DNA of 64,000 nt from Malacoraja senta (lineage: Eukaryota), in assembly GCA_038087875.1 (NCBI GenBank), contig CM075991.1, positions 3,410,001 to 3,474,000 on the forward strand, given 5' to 3'. Below are positions 11,200 through 24,043 of the stretch, in pieces. Under the pieces are notes generated by a model, which did no database searches, was not told the origin of the DNA, and worked only from the letters and a program-made list of their open reading frames with translations. Position numbers and translations under genes: made by a program. Positions within the stretch are counted from its first letter, which is position 1, and every line of letters starts with the position of its first letter.

Positions 11200-12400
11200 A
11201 AGTCAACTTTTTCACGCAAAGCGTGGCGGGTGCATGGAACGAGCAGCCGGAGGAGGTCGTTGAGGCAGGTACTATTGCAACATTTAAGAAACGTTTGGAC
11301 AAGTGCATGGATAGGGTAGGTTTAGAGCGATTATAGGCCAAGCGCAGGCAGGTGGGACTAGTGTACCACATCTGGAGTATTGTGTACAGTTTTGGTCTCC
11401 AAATTTGAGGAAGGACATCCTTGTGATTGAGGCAGTGCAACGTAGGTTCACGAGATTGATCCCTGGGATGGCGGGACTGTCGTATGAGGAAAGATTGAAA
11501 AGACTAGGCTTGTATTCACTGGAGTTTAGAAGGATGAGGGGATATCTTATAGAAACATATAAAATTATAAAATGACTGGACAAGCTAGATGCAGGAAAAA
11601 TGTTCCCAATGTTGGGCGAGTCCAGAACCAGGGGGCCACTGTCTTAGAATAAAGGGGAGGTCATTTAAGACTGAGGTGAGAAAAAACTTTTTCACCCAGA
11701 GAGTTGTGAATTTATGGAATTCCCTGCCATAGAGGGCAGTGGAGGCCAAATCACTGGATGGATTTAAGAGAGAGTTAGATAGAGCTCTAGGGGCTAGTGG
11801 AGTCAAGGAATATGGGGAGAAGGCAGGCACGGGTTATTGATGGGAGACGATCAGCCATGATCACAATGAATGGCGGTGCTGGCTCGAAGGGCTGAATGGC
11901 CTCATCCTGCACCTAATTTCTATTTTCTATGTTTCTATGTGTAGATAGGACATGTTGGCCATCTTGGGCAAGTTGGGCTGAAGGACCAGTTTCCACGCTG
12001 TTTGTCTTTGACATTGGAGCAGAATTAGACCATTTGACCCGTCAATTCTACCTCACCGTTCATTCATGGCTGATCTATCTTTCCCTCTCATCCACATCAC
12101 CTGCCTTCTCCACTTAACCAGTGACACCCTTAGAAATCATCAACCTGTCAATTGCTTTAAAAATACCTAATGACGTGGCCTCCACAGCTGTCTGTAGCAA
12201 TAAATTTCATAGATTCACCACGCTCTGACTAAAGAAATTCATCTCCATCTCTTTTCTAAAGGTACGTCCTTTTATTCAGAGTCTCTGCCCTCTGGTCCTT
12301 GAGTCTCCCACTGGTGGAAACATCCTCTCCACGTCCACTCTATCCAGGCTATTCACTATTCTGCACGTTTCAATGGGATTTCTCCTCATCCTTCTAAACT
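11200..12400. mobile_element. Nested CR1 fragments (plus 11200-11990 containing 11365-11940; minus 12010-12400)
   Basis: [12 protein letters not shown]...[12 protein letters not shown] sequence and CR1 3'UTRs. Confidence 0.85.
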
Positions 12401-12449
12401 TTTAGTTACAATTGCTGCAAATGTATGTTTTCCCCAATTGCACTAACGC

Positions 12450-12556
12450 AGAGAGAGAGAGGGAGAGAGGGAGAGAGGGAGAGAGGAGAGAGGAGAGAGG
12501 GAGGGAGAGAGGGAGAGAGGGAGAGAGGGAGAGAGGGAGAGAGGGAGAGAGGGAGA

Positions 12557-12643
<87 letters not shown>

Positions 12644-12659
12644 AAAAAAAAAAAAAAAA

Positions 12660-12718
<59 letters not shown>

Positions 12719-12719
12719 T
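12450..12719. repeat. Compound microsatellite (GAGAGAGG)n/(GA)n/poly-A/(GACA)n
   Basis: Directly visible in the sequence. Confidence 0.98.
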
Positions 12720-13069
12720 AGATGGATGTGCAGGGAATGGGGGGATATGGATTATGTGCAGCCAGATAAGAGTTGGTCTTGGCATTGTGTACGGCACGGA
12801 CATTGTGGGCCGAAGGGCCTGTTCCTGTGCTGTACTGTTTCATGTTCTAGTATTGCTGCCGAACATTGCACCTCAAGTTTTTATACGAAATGTATTTATT
12901 TTGCAAACTAGATTCATCTGAAACACTTGCATTGAAAACTGTAATGCACCAACTCATTACTTCCACCTAAATAACATTCCATCAGCTTATTGCATTTGTA
13001 ACTAAATAATAAAATTAGAACTCAACGTTGAGACTGCATGGCACCATGCAAAACAGGACGAAGGGATAG

Positions 13070-14165
13070 TCATAGAGTGATACAGTGTGGAAACAGGCCC
13101 TTCAGCCCAACTTGCCCACACCGGCCAACATGTCCCAGCTACACTAGTCCCACCTGCCTGCGTTTCATCCATATCCCTCCAAACTTGTCCTATCCATGTA
13201 CCTGTCAAACTGATTCTTAAACGTTGGGATAGTCCCAGCCTCATGTACCTCCTCTGGTAGCTTGTTCCATACACCCACCACCCTTTGTGTGAAATAGTTA
13301 TCCTCAGATTCATATTAAATCTTTTCACCTTAATCCTATGTCCTCTGGTCCTCGATTCCCCCACTCTGGGCAAGAGATTCTGTGCATCTAGCTGATCTAT
13401 CCCTCACATCCGACCTCGAGGCTCCGGAGGCAGAGCCAGGACTTACCAGCGCGGGGCTGGCCTGCTTCGGGGCTGCGGTGGCGTTCCGGCGGTGGCGACC
13501 AAAGACGCTGGTGGCGACCTGAATCCGGAGGCTCGGCCGCGGGCCCGGTGGACGACATCGTCGGGAGCTCGCAGGTCACAGGTGGGTGACCTGTTTTTCT
13601 GGGGCTCCCGCAACTACAGCTGCGTCCGCTGGACTGGAGGGCGGCAGCTTCGGCCACCCCGGGCCGCGGAGTTTGAACCGGCCCGTCGCGGAGCTCGGAT
13701 TCAGCCGCAGGACTGACTTACCATCACCCGGCGGGGTCACAACATCAGAAGCCCGGATCGCCTCGGCGCAGAGGAAGAACAAAGCGGGAAGAGACAGAGA
13801 CTTTAAGACTTTTGCCTCCATCACAGTGAGGAGGTGCCTGGTGAACTCACTGTGGTGGATGTTAATTTGTGTTTATTGTGTGTTTTGTTATTTATTATTA
13901 TATGTATGACTGCAGGCAACGAAATTTCGTTCAGACCGAAAGGTCTGAATGACAAATAAAGGAATCTCTAATCTCTAATCATTTTATACACCTCTATAAG
14001 ATCACCCCTCATCCTCCTGCGCTCCAAGGAATAGAGTTCCAGCCTACTCAACCTCTCCCTATAGCTCAGACCCTCTAGTCCTGGCAACATCCTTGTAAAT
14101 CTTCTCTGAACCCTTTCAAACTTGACAATATCTTTCCTATAACATGGTGCCCAGAACCGAACACA
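13070..14165 (-). mobile_element. CR1 3' fragment interrupted at ~13405-13980
   Basis: The CR1 C-terminal sequence resumes at 13981 (ATTTTATACACCTC). Confidence 0.8.
13405..13980 (+). mobile_element. GC-rich non-LTR 3' fragment, Rex-Babar-like end
   Basis: Terminal hairpin CGTTCAGACC-GAAA-GGTCTGAATG, then AATAAA and a tandem AATCTCT tail. Confidence 0.6.
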
Positions 14166-15947
14166 TCATAGGTTCATAGAGAGATACGGGATGGAAACAG
14201 GCCCTTTGGCCCATCAAGCCTATGCTTGACCATCAACTACCCACTAACCCCATTCTCCACACCTTCTGTCGGCTCTCAGATTCTGTCATTTGCACACTAG
14301 GGGAGATTTATAGTGTCCAAGGACCTTACCAACCTGCATGGCGTTGGACCTTGGGAGGAAACCAGAGCACCCAGAGGAAACCCACGTGGTCACAGGGAGA
14401 ACAAGCAACCTCCCCACAGATAGCACCCGAGGTCAGGATCGAACCTGGATTCCTCACGCAGTGAGACAGCAACTGTACCATCTACCTGCCTGCTCTGCAC
14501 TCCCTTCCCATCTGAGTACCCCCCCACCACCATCTGCTGGCATCTCCCTGCTCTCTCTAGCCATGCAGCAAAGAAACAGGCCCTTCAGCCCATCGTGTCC
14601 ATGCCAACCACCCAGCAATCATCTGCACTAATCCCATCCTCCAGCACTTAATCCATAACCTTATATGCCTTGAATATAGACACAAAATGTTGGAGTAACT
14701 CAGCGGGGCAAGCAGCATCTCCGGACAGAAGGAATGGGTGACGTTTTGGGTCGAGATCCTTCTTCAGACCCATTCCATCTCTCAAGAGATGCTGCCTGTC
14801 CGTCACCCATTCACCACCATCTACAGTTCCTTCCTTTAACCTTTTATGCCTTGTTGATTCAAGTGGTCATCTCGTTATTTCATAAGTGTTGTGAGAATAT
14901 CTGCCTCCACCACTGGCCTCAGTTGCAGTAGCATGGGGTGCATTTGTGCAGTGTTTTGGAATAGAGCCTTGTTTAATTCCCTTTGTCCAGCGATCAGGTG
15001 CCACACTTTGGTCTGCCTCTACCCTTTTACGGCATGGACTTTACTAACAAATGTTTTAAAATAAAAATCCTCTGCTTCCCAAACCCACAATGTCACCGAC
15101 CGCTTCTTAAATCTCACCGAGCTAGCAGTCTTTTTTTCATGAGCGCTCTACGAATTTGCCAGCGCTTGAGTTGTGAGAAGGCGAGGCGCAGCAGAATAAT
15201 ATTGCCCTGTGTCTTGTCAATACCCGATGCCAACACCCACTACCGCTTATTTAAAAAAAAAAGAAACATTTTCATAAAGTTTGTTTGCTGCACAAGACTT
15301 GGCTCAGAGACTTTTAAACGATTCTTAAAAGGCTCGTCGAATAACCAAAGAGCGTTTTTCATACTTGTTTACTCAACATCGATTCTGAAACCTTGCTAGT
15401 GTTTGCATTCACCCTAATCTAATAAACGCTCCCCTTGAACGACTTGACCAACTTCTTCAGTGAATGGACAATTCGTTTCACACCATAAAAATCAACGGAC
15501 ACATCATCTTTCTCCGCTGAGCATCGAGAGAGTCATATGACCCTGGCAGACTTTAAGACCAGCTGTTTCGAAGTCTGTGAAATTGCAAACAGCAATAAAA
15601 GTTAACCGTGGCACAATCAAAGGATTTTTGTGTTGTCGAAAGTGCTTTCTGGTCAGCTTTATTAATGAAAGAAAAAGCGGTGGCTAATATTGTCACTGCA
15701 ACATCATGCGAATTGTTGAACTATTGTAAAACGATTACCACGGTTAAAAGACTATCTTGGTTTTCCCCCCAAAGCAGTAAAACCAAATCTAAGTGGTGGT
15801 ACCCATAATAGTACACTGGTATTTTATTTGAGTTAAACATACTTTCTTTACTCACTGCTCCTATTTGTAAAGGCTGGCATCTAATTTGTTTTAAGAACTG
15901 CTTCACCGGCATGTTCAGCCTCTTTGGCTATAAGATTGCAAGCTTGG

Positions 15948-16116
15948 TCTTCTTATCGAGTCCACACACACACACAGATTAGAAGTTGTTCAGCCAGAGC
16001 TGGACACACTTCTCGGCATCTGCATACAATGGTGTCTGTCTTGTCGCTTCTTGTGCGTGGTGGTGGAAAGATTGGTGGAAACAGGGCCGCGACGTGAACG
16101 CTCTTTCCTTGACCCC
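15948..16116 (-). mobile_element. Full-length HDV-like ribozyme-headed short retroposon (family B), 169 bp
   Basis: TSD GCAAGCTTGG at 15938-15947 and 16117-16126; tail ATAAGAAGA; 5' end at ribozyme G1. Confidence 0.9.
16065..16116 (-). ncRNA. Minimal HDV-like (CPEB3-like) ribozyme
   Basis: GGGGUC AA GGAAAGA GCG UUCACGU CGC GGCCCU GU UUCCA CCAA UCUUUCC: 6-bp P1 with G1-U wobble, 7-bp P2, P3 GCG/CGC. Confidence 0.85.
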
Positions 16117-16817
16117 GCAAGCTTGGGAATTCCATAGTAATGAAAGGCTGGTCACCTCCGCAATCAATCGCACTTTGGTAACCCGAACTCTGGAGAAGCT
16201 GAAGGGACGGCCAAGCTGAGGCAGGGATGGGGAAAGCTCACAGTTGACTATTATTGAGCTATATGGATAGGCTGGGGCTTTCCCACGCTGGAGTGCAGGA
16301 GGCTGAGGAGTGATCTTATAACGGTATCGGGGCATCGATAAAAGATATTTTCAAGAGAGACTTTGATATAGCTCTTAGGGCACATGGTACACTAGCACCA
16401 TCCTACACTCCAGGGACAATTTTGCATTTTGATTATTAGAACCATACAGCATGGATGCAGGCCCTTCTTGCCAATGCTGACATACATGCCCCATCTACAC
16501 GTCCCACCTGTCTGTGGTTGGCCCATAACCCTCTAAACCTATCCATGATGTACCTGTCTAAATGTGTCTTAAACTCAACTACCTCCTCTGATAGCTTGTT
16601 CCATACACTCATCATGCTTTCTGTAAAAAGGTTACCCCTTAGGTTCAAATTAAATCTTTCCCCTCACAAACCTATGCTCTCTGGTCCTTGATTCCCCTAC
16701 TCTGGGCAAGCGCTTATCTAATCTAATCCTCTCATGATTTTGTACACCTCTATAAGTTCACCCCTCATCCTCCTGCGCTCCAAGGAATAAAGTCCTAGCC
16801 TGGTCAACCTCTCCTTA

Positions 16818-17312
16818 AGGCTCTGTCTCACGGTGTTGCGGTCATCGGCGGTTAAGCGCGGCATCGCCGTAGAGGGGACCGCACGGCAACGGCGAGAGCG
16901 TCGAGCCTATGCCACGGAGCGCCGCACGGATGCTGCGGCGGGGCCGAGTGATTTAAGTACGACTGTTCCAACGAGCTTGCGCTAAGTAAAAAAAAAGGGC
17001 GGGCCTACTGCGATGACGTCATTTTGGATCTGCGGGGCTGTGGCGGCGGCCGTGCTGATCGCGGCGCTGTGGCGGTGGCTGTGGCGGCGGCCGTGCTGAT
17101 CGCGGCACTGTGGCGGCGGCCGTGCCGCATTCGTGCATCACTGGCGGCGGCTGTGCGGTAGGAACATATTTTTGAACAGTGTTGGTTTTATTTTAGCACC
17201 GTGCGGTGTTGGGAACAACGCCGCACGGCCACGGAATTGTGCGTTTGACTGAGCCCGCGGTAGATAGTTCCTGTTTCGCCGCCAATGGACCGCAGACTCG
17301 TGCGACAGGCCT
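16818..17312. mobile_element. GC-rich PIF/Harbinger-like MITE inside a CR1 fragment (16440-17380, minus)
   Basis: TTA on both sides; imperfect TIR AGGCTCTGTCTCACG / CGTGCGACAGGCCT; internal GCTGTGGCGGCGGCCGT repeats. Confidence 0.7.
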
Positions 17313-17824
17313 TTAAAGCTCAAGCCTTCGAATCCTGGCAACATCCTCGTAAATCTTCTCTGTATCCTTTCCAGCTTGATATCATGTAGGTAAATCTATT
17401 TTGAATGACAGGGAGGTGAGGGAGGAAGAATTTAAAATGGTAATGCTGACATACATGCATGTAAACACTGTACTTGTCTGAAACAGGTTCAAGGCAGAAA
17501 GATGCGTCCAAAATATTAACAGAAATCGCTGGAAACACTCAGCGGGTCAGGCAGCATCCGTGGAGAGGGAAACTTCACATCTCCAGTCCATGACCCTTCT
17601 AGAGAAGGATGTATACGTGCACCAAACTAACAATAGCCAAAGCAGCAATCAAGGAAGCTCTGAACTAAAATAGACACAAAGTGCTGGAGTAACTCAGCGA
17701 GTCAGGGAACATCTCTGTTGATTTTTGACTTTAGACTTTAGCGATACAGCATGGAAAATAGTCCCTTTGCCCGCTGCATCCACGCCAACCACCGATCACC
17801 CTGTACACTAGCACTTGTCAAGGT

Positions 17825-18100
17825 TTAGTTTAGTTAGAGATACAGGGTGCGGGTAACAGGCCCTTCGGCCCAATGAAACCACGCCGACCAGCGATCCCCA
17901 CACATTAACACTATCCTACACATACTAGGGACAATTTACACTTAGACCAAGCCAATTAATACAGAAGCCTGTACGTCTTTGGAGTGTGGGAGGAAGCCGG
18001 AGCACCCGGATAAAACCCACGCGGTGACAGGGAGAACGTCCCAACTCCGTACAGACAGTACCCGTAGTCAGGATCGAACCCGGGTCTCTGGCCCTGTGAG
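17825..18100 (-). mobile_element. HE1-like tRNA SINE
   Basis: B-box GGTTCGATCC on the minus strand and the conserved body. Confidence 0.8.
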
Positions 18101-18649
18101 ACCAGGTGTCATTTGCCTGGGCATCTGACGAAGGGTGCTTCCCAGTTCTTAGATGGACAACAGGCTTTAGGTGCCTGTCCTCAGGAAAACAACACCTGCA
18201 TGGCTTAAGACTCTGGGGGAACAGCTGGAGAAAATGGCCGTTCAATTATGGCCACGTTTCCCCAGTTAAGGGCTTGTGAAAGAGTGCAGGAGGTCAGTGA
18301 AATGGAGCACTGCTTCCTTCCCTACTGCTAGTCGAGGTCCGCAGGGGATAAGAAATCAAGCTGTGAAATTAATGCCTATGACCTTGACTGAGGATATTTC
18401 ACCATACACATTCTGAGTTGTTGCCAAATATTTGAATTATTAAGTTTATGCTTTTTGAAAAATGAAATGCAATTATATCCGAAATTTGCCTTGTTGGCAA
18501 GTTTCAATAAACTTGGGATTAACCTGTGCGACTGACTTTAATAGAGAACTAACTTGCAGGCTGTTTTTGGAAAGAACTGCAGATGCTGGAAAAATTGTGC
18601 GGGCTTATCAGTTTAATAACATTCTTTTCCCCTCAAATTACATGTAGAA

Positions 18650-18980
18650 GCAGACAAAATATCTAAGATAGACGCAAAAAGCTGGAGTAACTCAGGGGGT
18701 CGGACAACATTTCTGGAGGAAAGGAATACGTGACGTTTCGGGTCGAGACCCTTCTTCAGACGGAGAGTCGGGGGAAAGGGAAATGAGAGATATAGATGTT
18801 GATAAAGAGAGATACAGAACAAATGAATGATATGCAAATGATAAAGGAAACAGGCCATTGTTAGCTGTGGGCTAGGTGAAAACCAGTTACAGACAATGAA
18901 ACTCACCTCGACGACAGTGAAACTAGTACAATGACTAGGGTGGAGGAGGGGCGGGGAGAGTGGGGATGAAAGAGTTACCT
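18650..18980 (-). mobile_element. Penelope-like 3' fragment with an intact minimal hammerhead core (18732-18759)
   Basis: Minus strand reads CUGAAGA-AGGGUCUCGACCC-GAAA-CGUC. Confidence 0.75.
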
Positions 18981-19739
18981 GTCGGTCCAGATGTTGTCAG
19001 CCTTCCTCCTTGTTCAGGCTTCTTGTTCAGTTTTTCCTTTCCATGCCGAAATCCAGAAGTCGCCATCACAGATCTACTTGTCACAGATGTGTCGCTGGGT
19101 TTCCTCTTATGGCCAAGTTAAGAGTCAACCTTTGGACACTAATAATACAAAATGGCGGCAGAAACGTGGCGACTCTTGTGCGCTGTCTCCGTGAAGTCTA
19201 GTGTTTCTGTGGCGCGTTGGCCACTCTAAAATCAGCGCCACAAGTCAGGAAACAACAGAAGGAAGATTTTGCAATGTGTAGAGCAGACTTTTTTTTGGGT
19301 TACATCAAGAACCAAGAGTCAAGGGTGTTTCATTATCATGAATCACAACAACGGAACAATGAAGTTCTTCTTTGCCACCCTGCAGCACTGCAACAGGCTT
19401 GTGAAAAGATTCTCATAATAAACATAATATATATTTTTTAATATTTAAACAAACAATAATAAAAACAATTTAAAAAAAAGAGGGCAGCACATTGGCACAG
19501 CTGTTAGAGCCGCTGCCTCATAGGGCCAGAGACTTGGGTTCGATCCTGACTACAGGTGCGTGTCTGTACGGAGTTTGTACGTTCTGCCTGTTATTGTGTG
19601 GGTTTTCTTCGTGTGAGACCTTTACAGCCTTCAGGTACGTTAAGTGAGTGTGTTCAAAGGATTGGACTATCTCTGAAACCTCTCTTCTCATTCTCTCTGG
19701 CCCCATCACAGGGGACAGACTATCGACTGAAAGAAACAC

Positions 19740-20160
19740 CGAAACATAGAAAATAGGTGCAGGAGTAGGCCATTCGGTGCTTCGAGCCAGCACCGCCATT
19801 CAATGTGATCATGGCTGATCATCCATAATCAGTACCCCGTTCCAGCTTTCTCCCCATATCCCTTGATTCCGTTAGCCCTAAGAGCTAAACCTAACTCTGT
19901 CTTGAATCCATCCAGTGAATTGGCCTCCACTGCCTTCTGTGGCAGAGAATTCCACAGATTCACAACTCTCTGGGTGGAGAGGTTTTTCATCATCTCAGTC
20001 CTAAATGGCCTACTCCTTATTCTTAAACTGTGTGACCCCTGGTTCTAGACTCCACCAACATTGGGAACATTTTTCCTGCATCTAGCCTGTCCAATCCCTT
20101 AAGAATTTTATATGTTTCTGTAGGATATCCTCTCATCCTTCTAAATTCCAGTGAATAAGT
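19740..20160 (-). mobile_element. CR1 3' fragment
   Basis: [10 protein letters not shown]...LDRLDAGKMFP peptide and 3'UTR. Confidence 0.85.
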
Positions 20161-20174
20161 GAATTCCATCCAGC

Positions 20175-21440
20175 GATCCCTCGATGGAGGTGAGTGAGAG
20201 GGCAGGGGGGCAGATTTTACACCTCCTGAGGTTGCAGGGGAAAGTGAGGGGGTGGTTCGGATGGGAAGGGATGAGTGAAACAAGGGTTTGTGGGTGGAGT
20301 GGTCTCTTTGAAAGGTAGAAAGGGGTGGAGATGGGAAGATGTGGTTGAATGTGGTCGGGATGTCAGGGAACGTCGAGTTGGATACGGAGGCTGGTGGGGA
20401 GAAAGGTGAGGATCTGGGGAACTCTATTCTCATTCTGTCTGTGGGAGGGGGAGCAAGAACATAACTACCGGACGAAGAGGAGACATGGGTGAGGAATCTG
20501 TCTTGCTATTTTTAAGAGCCCTATCTAGCTCTCTCTTGAAAGTATCCAGAGAACCGGCCTCCACCGCCCTCTGAGGCAGTGAATTCCACAGGCTCACAAC
20601 TCTCTGGGCAGGGTGGAAGGAGCTGGATGCTTTCAAGAGAGAGTTAGATAGCATCAAGCAATATGGGGAGAAAGCAGGAATGGGGGTACTGATTTTGGAT
20701 GATCAGCCATGATCATATTGAATGGCAGTGCTGGCTCGAAGGGCCAAATGGCCTACTCCTACACCTATTTTCTATATTTCTATGTTTCTAATGATCCCAG
20801 CAGCCCTTCCATGTGAGATTGAGGTTTATGTGCACCTCCTCTTACCTTATCTACTGCATTCATTATTCCCGTTGTGGCCTTCGTTACTTCAGCAAGTCCA
20901 AGCACTGACTAGGCGTCCATTTCACTCAACACTTGCGTTTGGTCCACCAAGGCCTGCCGGATCTCTGGGTTGCTAATGACTTTAACCCCCCCCTTCCAGT
21001 TCCCACTCTGACCTTTCTATTCTGGGCCTCCTCTATTACCAGAGTGAGGTCACACAGAAACTGAAGGAACAGCACCTCATATTCCATTTGGTGGGATGCT
21101 TACGACCCAACGGTATGATCATTGAATTTTCCAATCTTAAGTAGCTTACCAGCAAGCTCATCCCTCCACTCCCTTCACCCCACCTCCCCCTTTTTTCCTC
21201 CATCTCTTTCCCTGTGGCCATCATGGATTTGCACCTACTTCACCCCTCCTCTCTCCCCCAACCGACCAGCCGCCCCTCACCCAACCCATCCCACCTATAT
21301 TCATTCCTCTGGCTTCACAATTCACACTTCTTCTCACATGTTTTGTCTTTACATCTCTGGATTTTCCCCAACCATTTGGCAATCAACCCTCCCCTCCCCT
21401 CCATCCCTATCTACGTCCATCTATCATTTGCCAGGCAATG
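20175..21440. mobile_element. Degenerate Penelope (Neptune-type) endonuclease region split into oppositely oriented halves (20175-20495 minus; 20793-21440 plus)
   Basis: Both halves align by eye to consecutive parts of 43365-43780. Confidence 0.75.
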
Positions 21441-21447
21441 AACAAAT

Positions 21448-22617
21448 TAGGTATGTTACAAAACTTACCTTCAGCGGTGCTGCAGTTCTGCCACTGGCCG
21501 TGTGCGCGGCTTTGGCGCCTTTGAGGGGGGGGGGGTGGGGTTAAAATGCGGTTTTCTCCTGCCTGTCCAAGATATATTTTCTCGGGCAGCTAGCTAATAC
21601 TGAAGAATTGTTCCGACTGCCGTTCTGTGAATTTTTTTTAAACCGCGGGACAATTTTAGCGCGGGAGTAAAATAAAAATCCGCTTCTAATGCCGTCAACG
21701 CCGACAACGGGACGGATCTCCCGTACGGGACAGCTAAAGGTAAGCCGTTTATTTTACATATAAACGTGCTTCTTAGGATTACCTTAATCCACATTTTGCG
21801 TTGCGAAAAGATGATTTAGGCCCCATATGAACCGGCAGTGTTTTTCCTGCCGATATAGGGTTTAAATTCACCGCAAACTGCAACGTTCCAATCGATCGCG
21901 TTCCACAAAATCCCACTCGCAAGATGATTTAAATGGCCATTAATTTATGGGAATTAAACACTAAATCCTTCCATTTGGCCTATAAATTCATGGCGAGATT
22001 TAAAAATCATGTTATATTGTGAATTCTTGTGTGAATGTTATTTGGACACTTAAGCTATTTAAAAATGTTAATCTTTTCTTAAGAAATGGATAGATGTTTA
22101 GATCTAGTAATTGAATTTTGTAATTAGCTACAATTAGGTAACTAACTAATTATATGTTTTAATTTCAGGTCATCCAAGTAAGATTGTTTCATATTTGTTT
22201 CATATTTGTTTTAGAATGCTTCAATCTATAATAACTGAACATTTATTTCAGTTCTCTTAATTTTTAAGAAAGTTATGGGCTTTTGACTGTCCTCGATCAC
22301 AGCTTTTGTGTTAAGTCAATGGAAAAGCAATAGGTTGCTTTTTGCAAACGGTATGATAATTGAATTCTCCAATCTTAAGTAGCTTACCAGCAAGCTCATC
22401 CCTCCACTCCCTTTTCCCCACCTCCCCCTTTTTTCAACAAGGGCATCAACATCTTGGCAAAAAGATGCTAATTTCAGGGTATGAAAATGGTCATAACTTT
22501 TTTTAATACTGAAGATATGAAAGTGAATTAGGTGTCAAATTAAACTTGTTATGCTTTATCTGATGGGATACATTGCAGACTTGATTTTTAAAATCTCAAT
22601 TTTTTGTAACATTGCTA
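21448..22617. mobile_element. Non-autonomous TIR DNA element with 7-bp TSD (copy 2)
   Basis: Same ends as 2112-3227; TSD AACAAAT at 21441-21447 and 22618-22624. Confidence 0.85.
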
Positions 22618-23424
22618 AACAAATCCCCTCCCTCCCAACCTCTCTCCCAGTTTTCTCCCCCTATTACAATCAGTCTGACGAAGAGTCCTGGTCTGGAACG
22701 TCACCAATCCATGTTCTCGAGAGACCCTATCTCCGGTGTAAACCAACATCTGCACTTCCTTCTTATCCAGTCAACATCTGCAGTTCCTTCTTATCCAGTC
22801 TGACGAAGAACCCTGATCTGATACGTCACCCATCCATGTTCTCCAGAGATGCTGCCTGACCCGCTGATTTACTCCAGCAATTTGGGGCTTTTTCTTTAGC
22901 TCATAAAGAACCCTATGCAGCTTGCATCTAGTCTGACCTGAAAGAAGATAGACACAAAAACCTGGAGCAACTCAGCGGACAGGCTGGAGAGAAGGAATGG
23001 GTGACGTTTCGGGTCGAGACCTTTCTTCAAACCTGAAAGATGAATTAACATTGTTGAGATAATCAAGGAAAATTTACCGAACTGCCATATTTGATTGATT
23101 GGAAATAAGGAAGAATATATTTATACTTGTATAATTCTCTCCACCTGAAATATCAATGTGCAAACTAGAAGTATTTTTGTTTATAATTTGTCTATTTATT
23201 TGAGCCTGTTACCAGGAAACCCTTTCCCTGGTCAGCAGTCATCCATGATAAACAATTTTGTTCTCATTATAAAGAGAAGTCAATGGGACTTGAGGAGAAA
23301 CAGATGAGGTTGTATTAGAGTGCTGGGGTGAACTATGTACAACAGGGTTCAGGCTTTTGTGGATAAGCAGCCGTATACCTTTCATGAGGGAGAAAAAGAG
23401 GGCTACCCTGCACACTGTATGAAT

Positions 23425-23740
23425 AGTTTAGTTTAGTTTAGTTCAGTTTGGAGATCCAGCATGGAAACAGGCCCATTGGCCCACCGAGTCCGCACCGACC
23501 AGCAATCCCCGCACATTGACACTGTCCTGCACACACTAGGGAGACAAGTTACAATTATACCAAGCCATTTAGCCTACAAACCTGTACTTCTTTGGAGTGT
23601 GGGAGGAAACTGAAGCACCCGGAGAAAACCCAGGCAGGTCACAGGGACATCAGACAAACTCCACAAAGACAGCACCCGTGGTCAGGATCGAGCCCGGGTT
23701 TCTGGAGTTCTAAGGCAGCAACACTACTGCTGCGCCACCG
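23425..23740 (-). mobile_element. HE1-like tRNA SINE
   Basis: A-box-like GGTGGCGCAGCAG, B-box-like GGCTCGATCC, (CTAAA)n tail. Confidence 0.8.
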
Positions 23741-24043
23741 TATAGATCAGTTATATTTGTGTAACATCTTTCGCATCAACAAAACGCCCATCACAACTCA
23801 CTATTTGGAAGGCAGTCTCTGCTGTGATGCATCAGGCCTTTCTTTAGTTTAGTCTCTGGATGTGACAATAAATCACTTCCATTGGCACTCGTGCAGTAAT
23901 GCTGCAATGAACAACGTCAACAACACAGCCTTTAATATTATTAGCTTGTGGTAACAAAAATAAGCTCATTGCTGTTGAAAATACTTTTATTTTTGAAAAT
24001 TCTTCTAGAAAAATGACATTGCTATTGTGAGTTGAAACTCTAA

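Noticed and set aside
12406..12843. ER-rich and SL-rich ORFs
   Set aside because: Translations of the microsatellite
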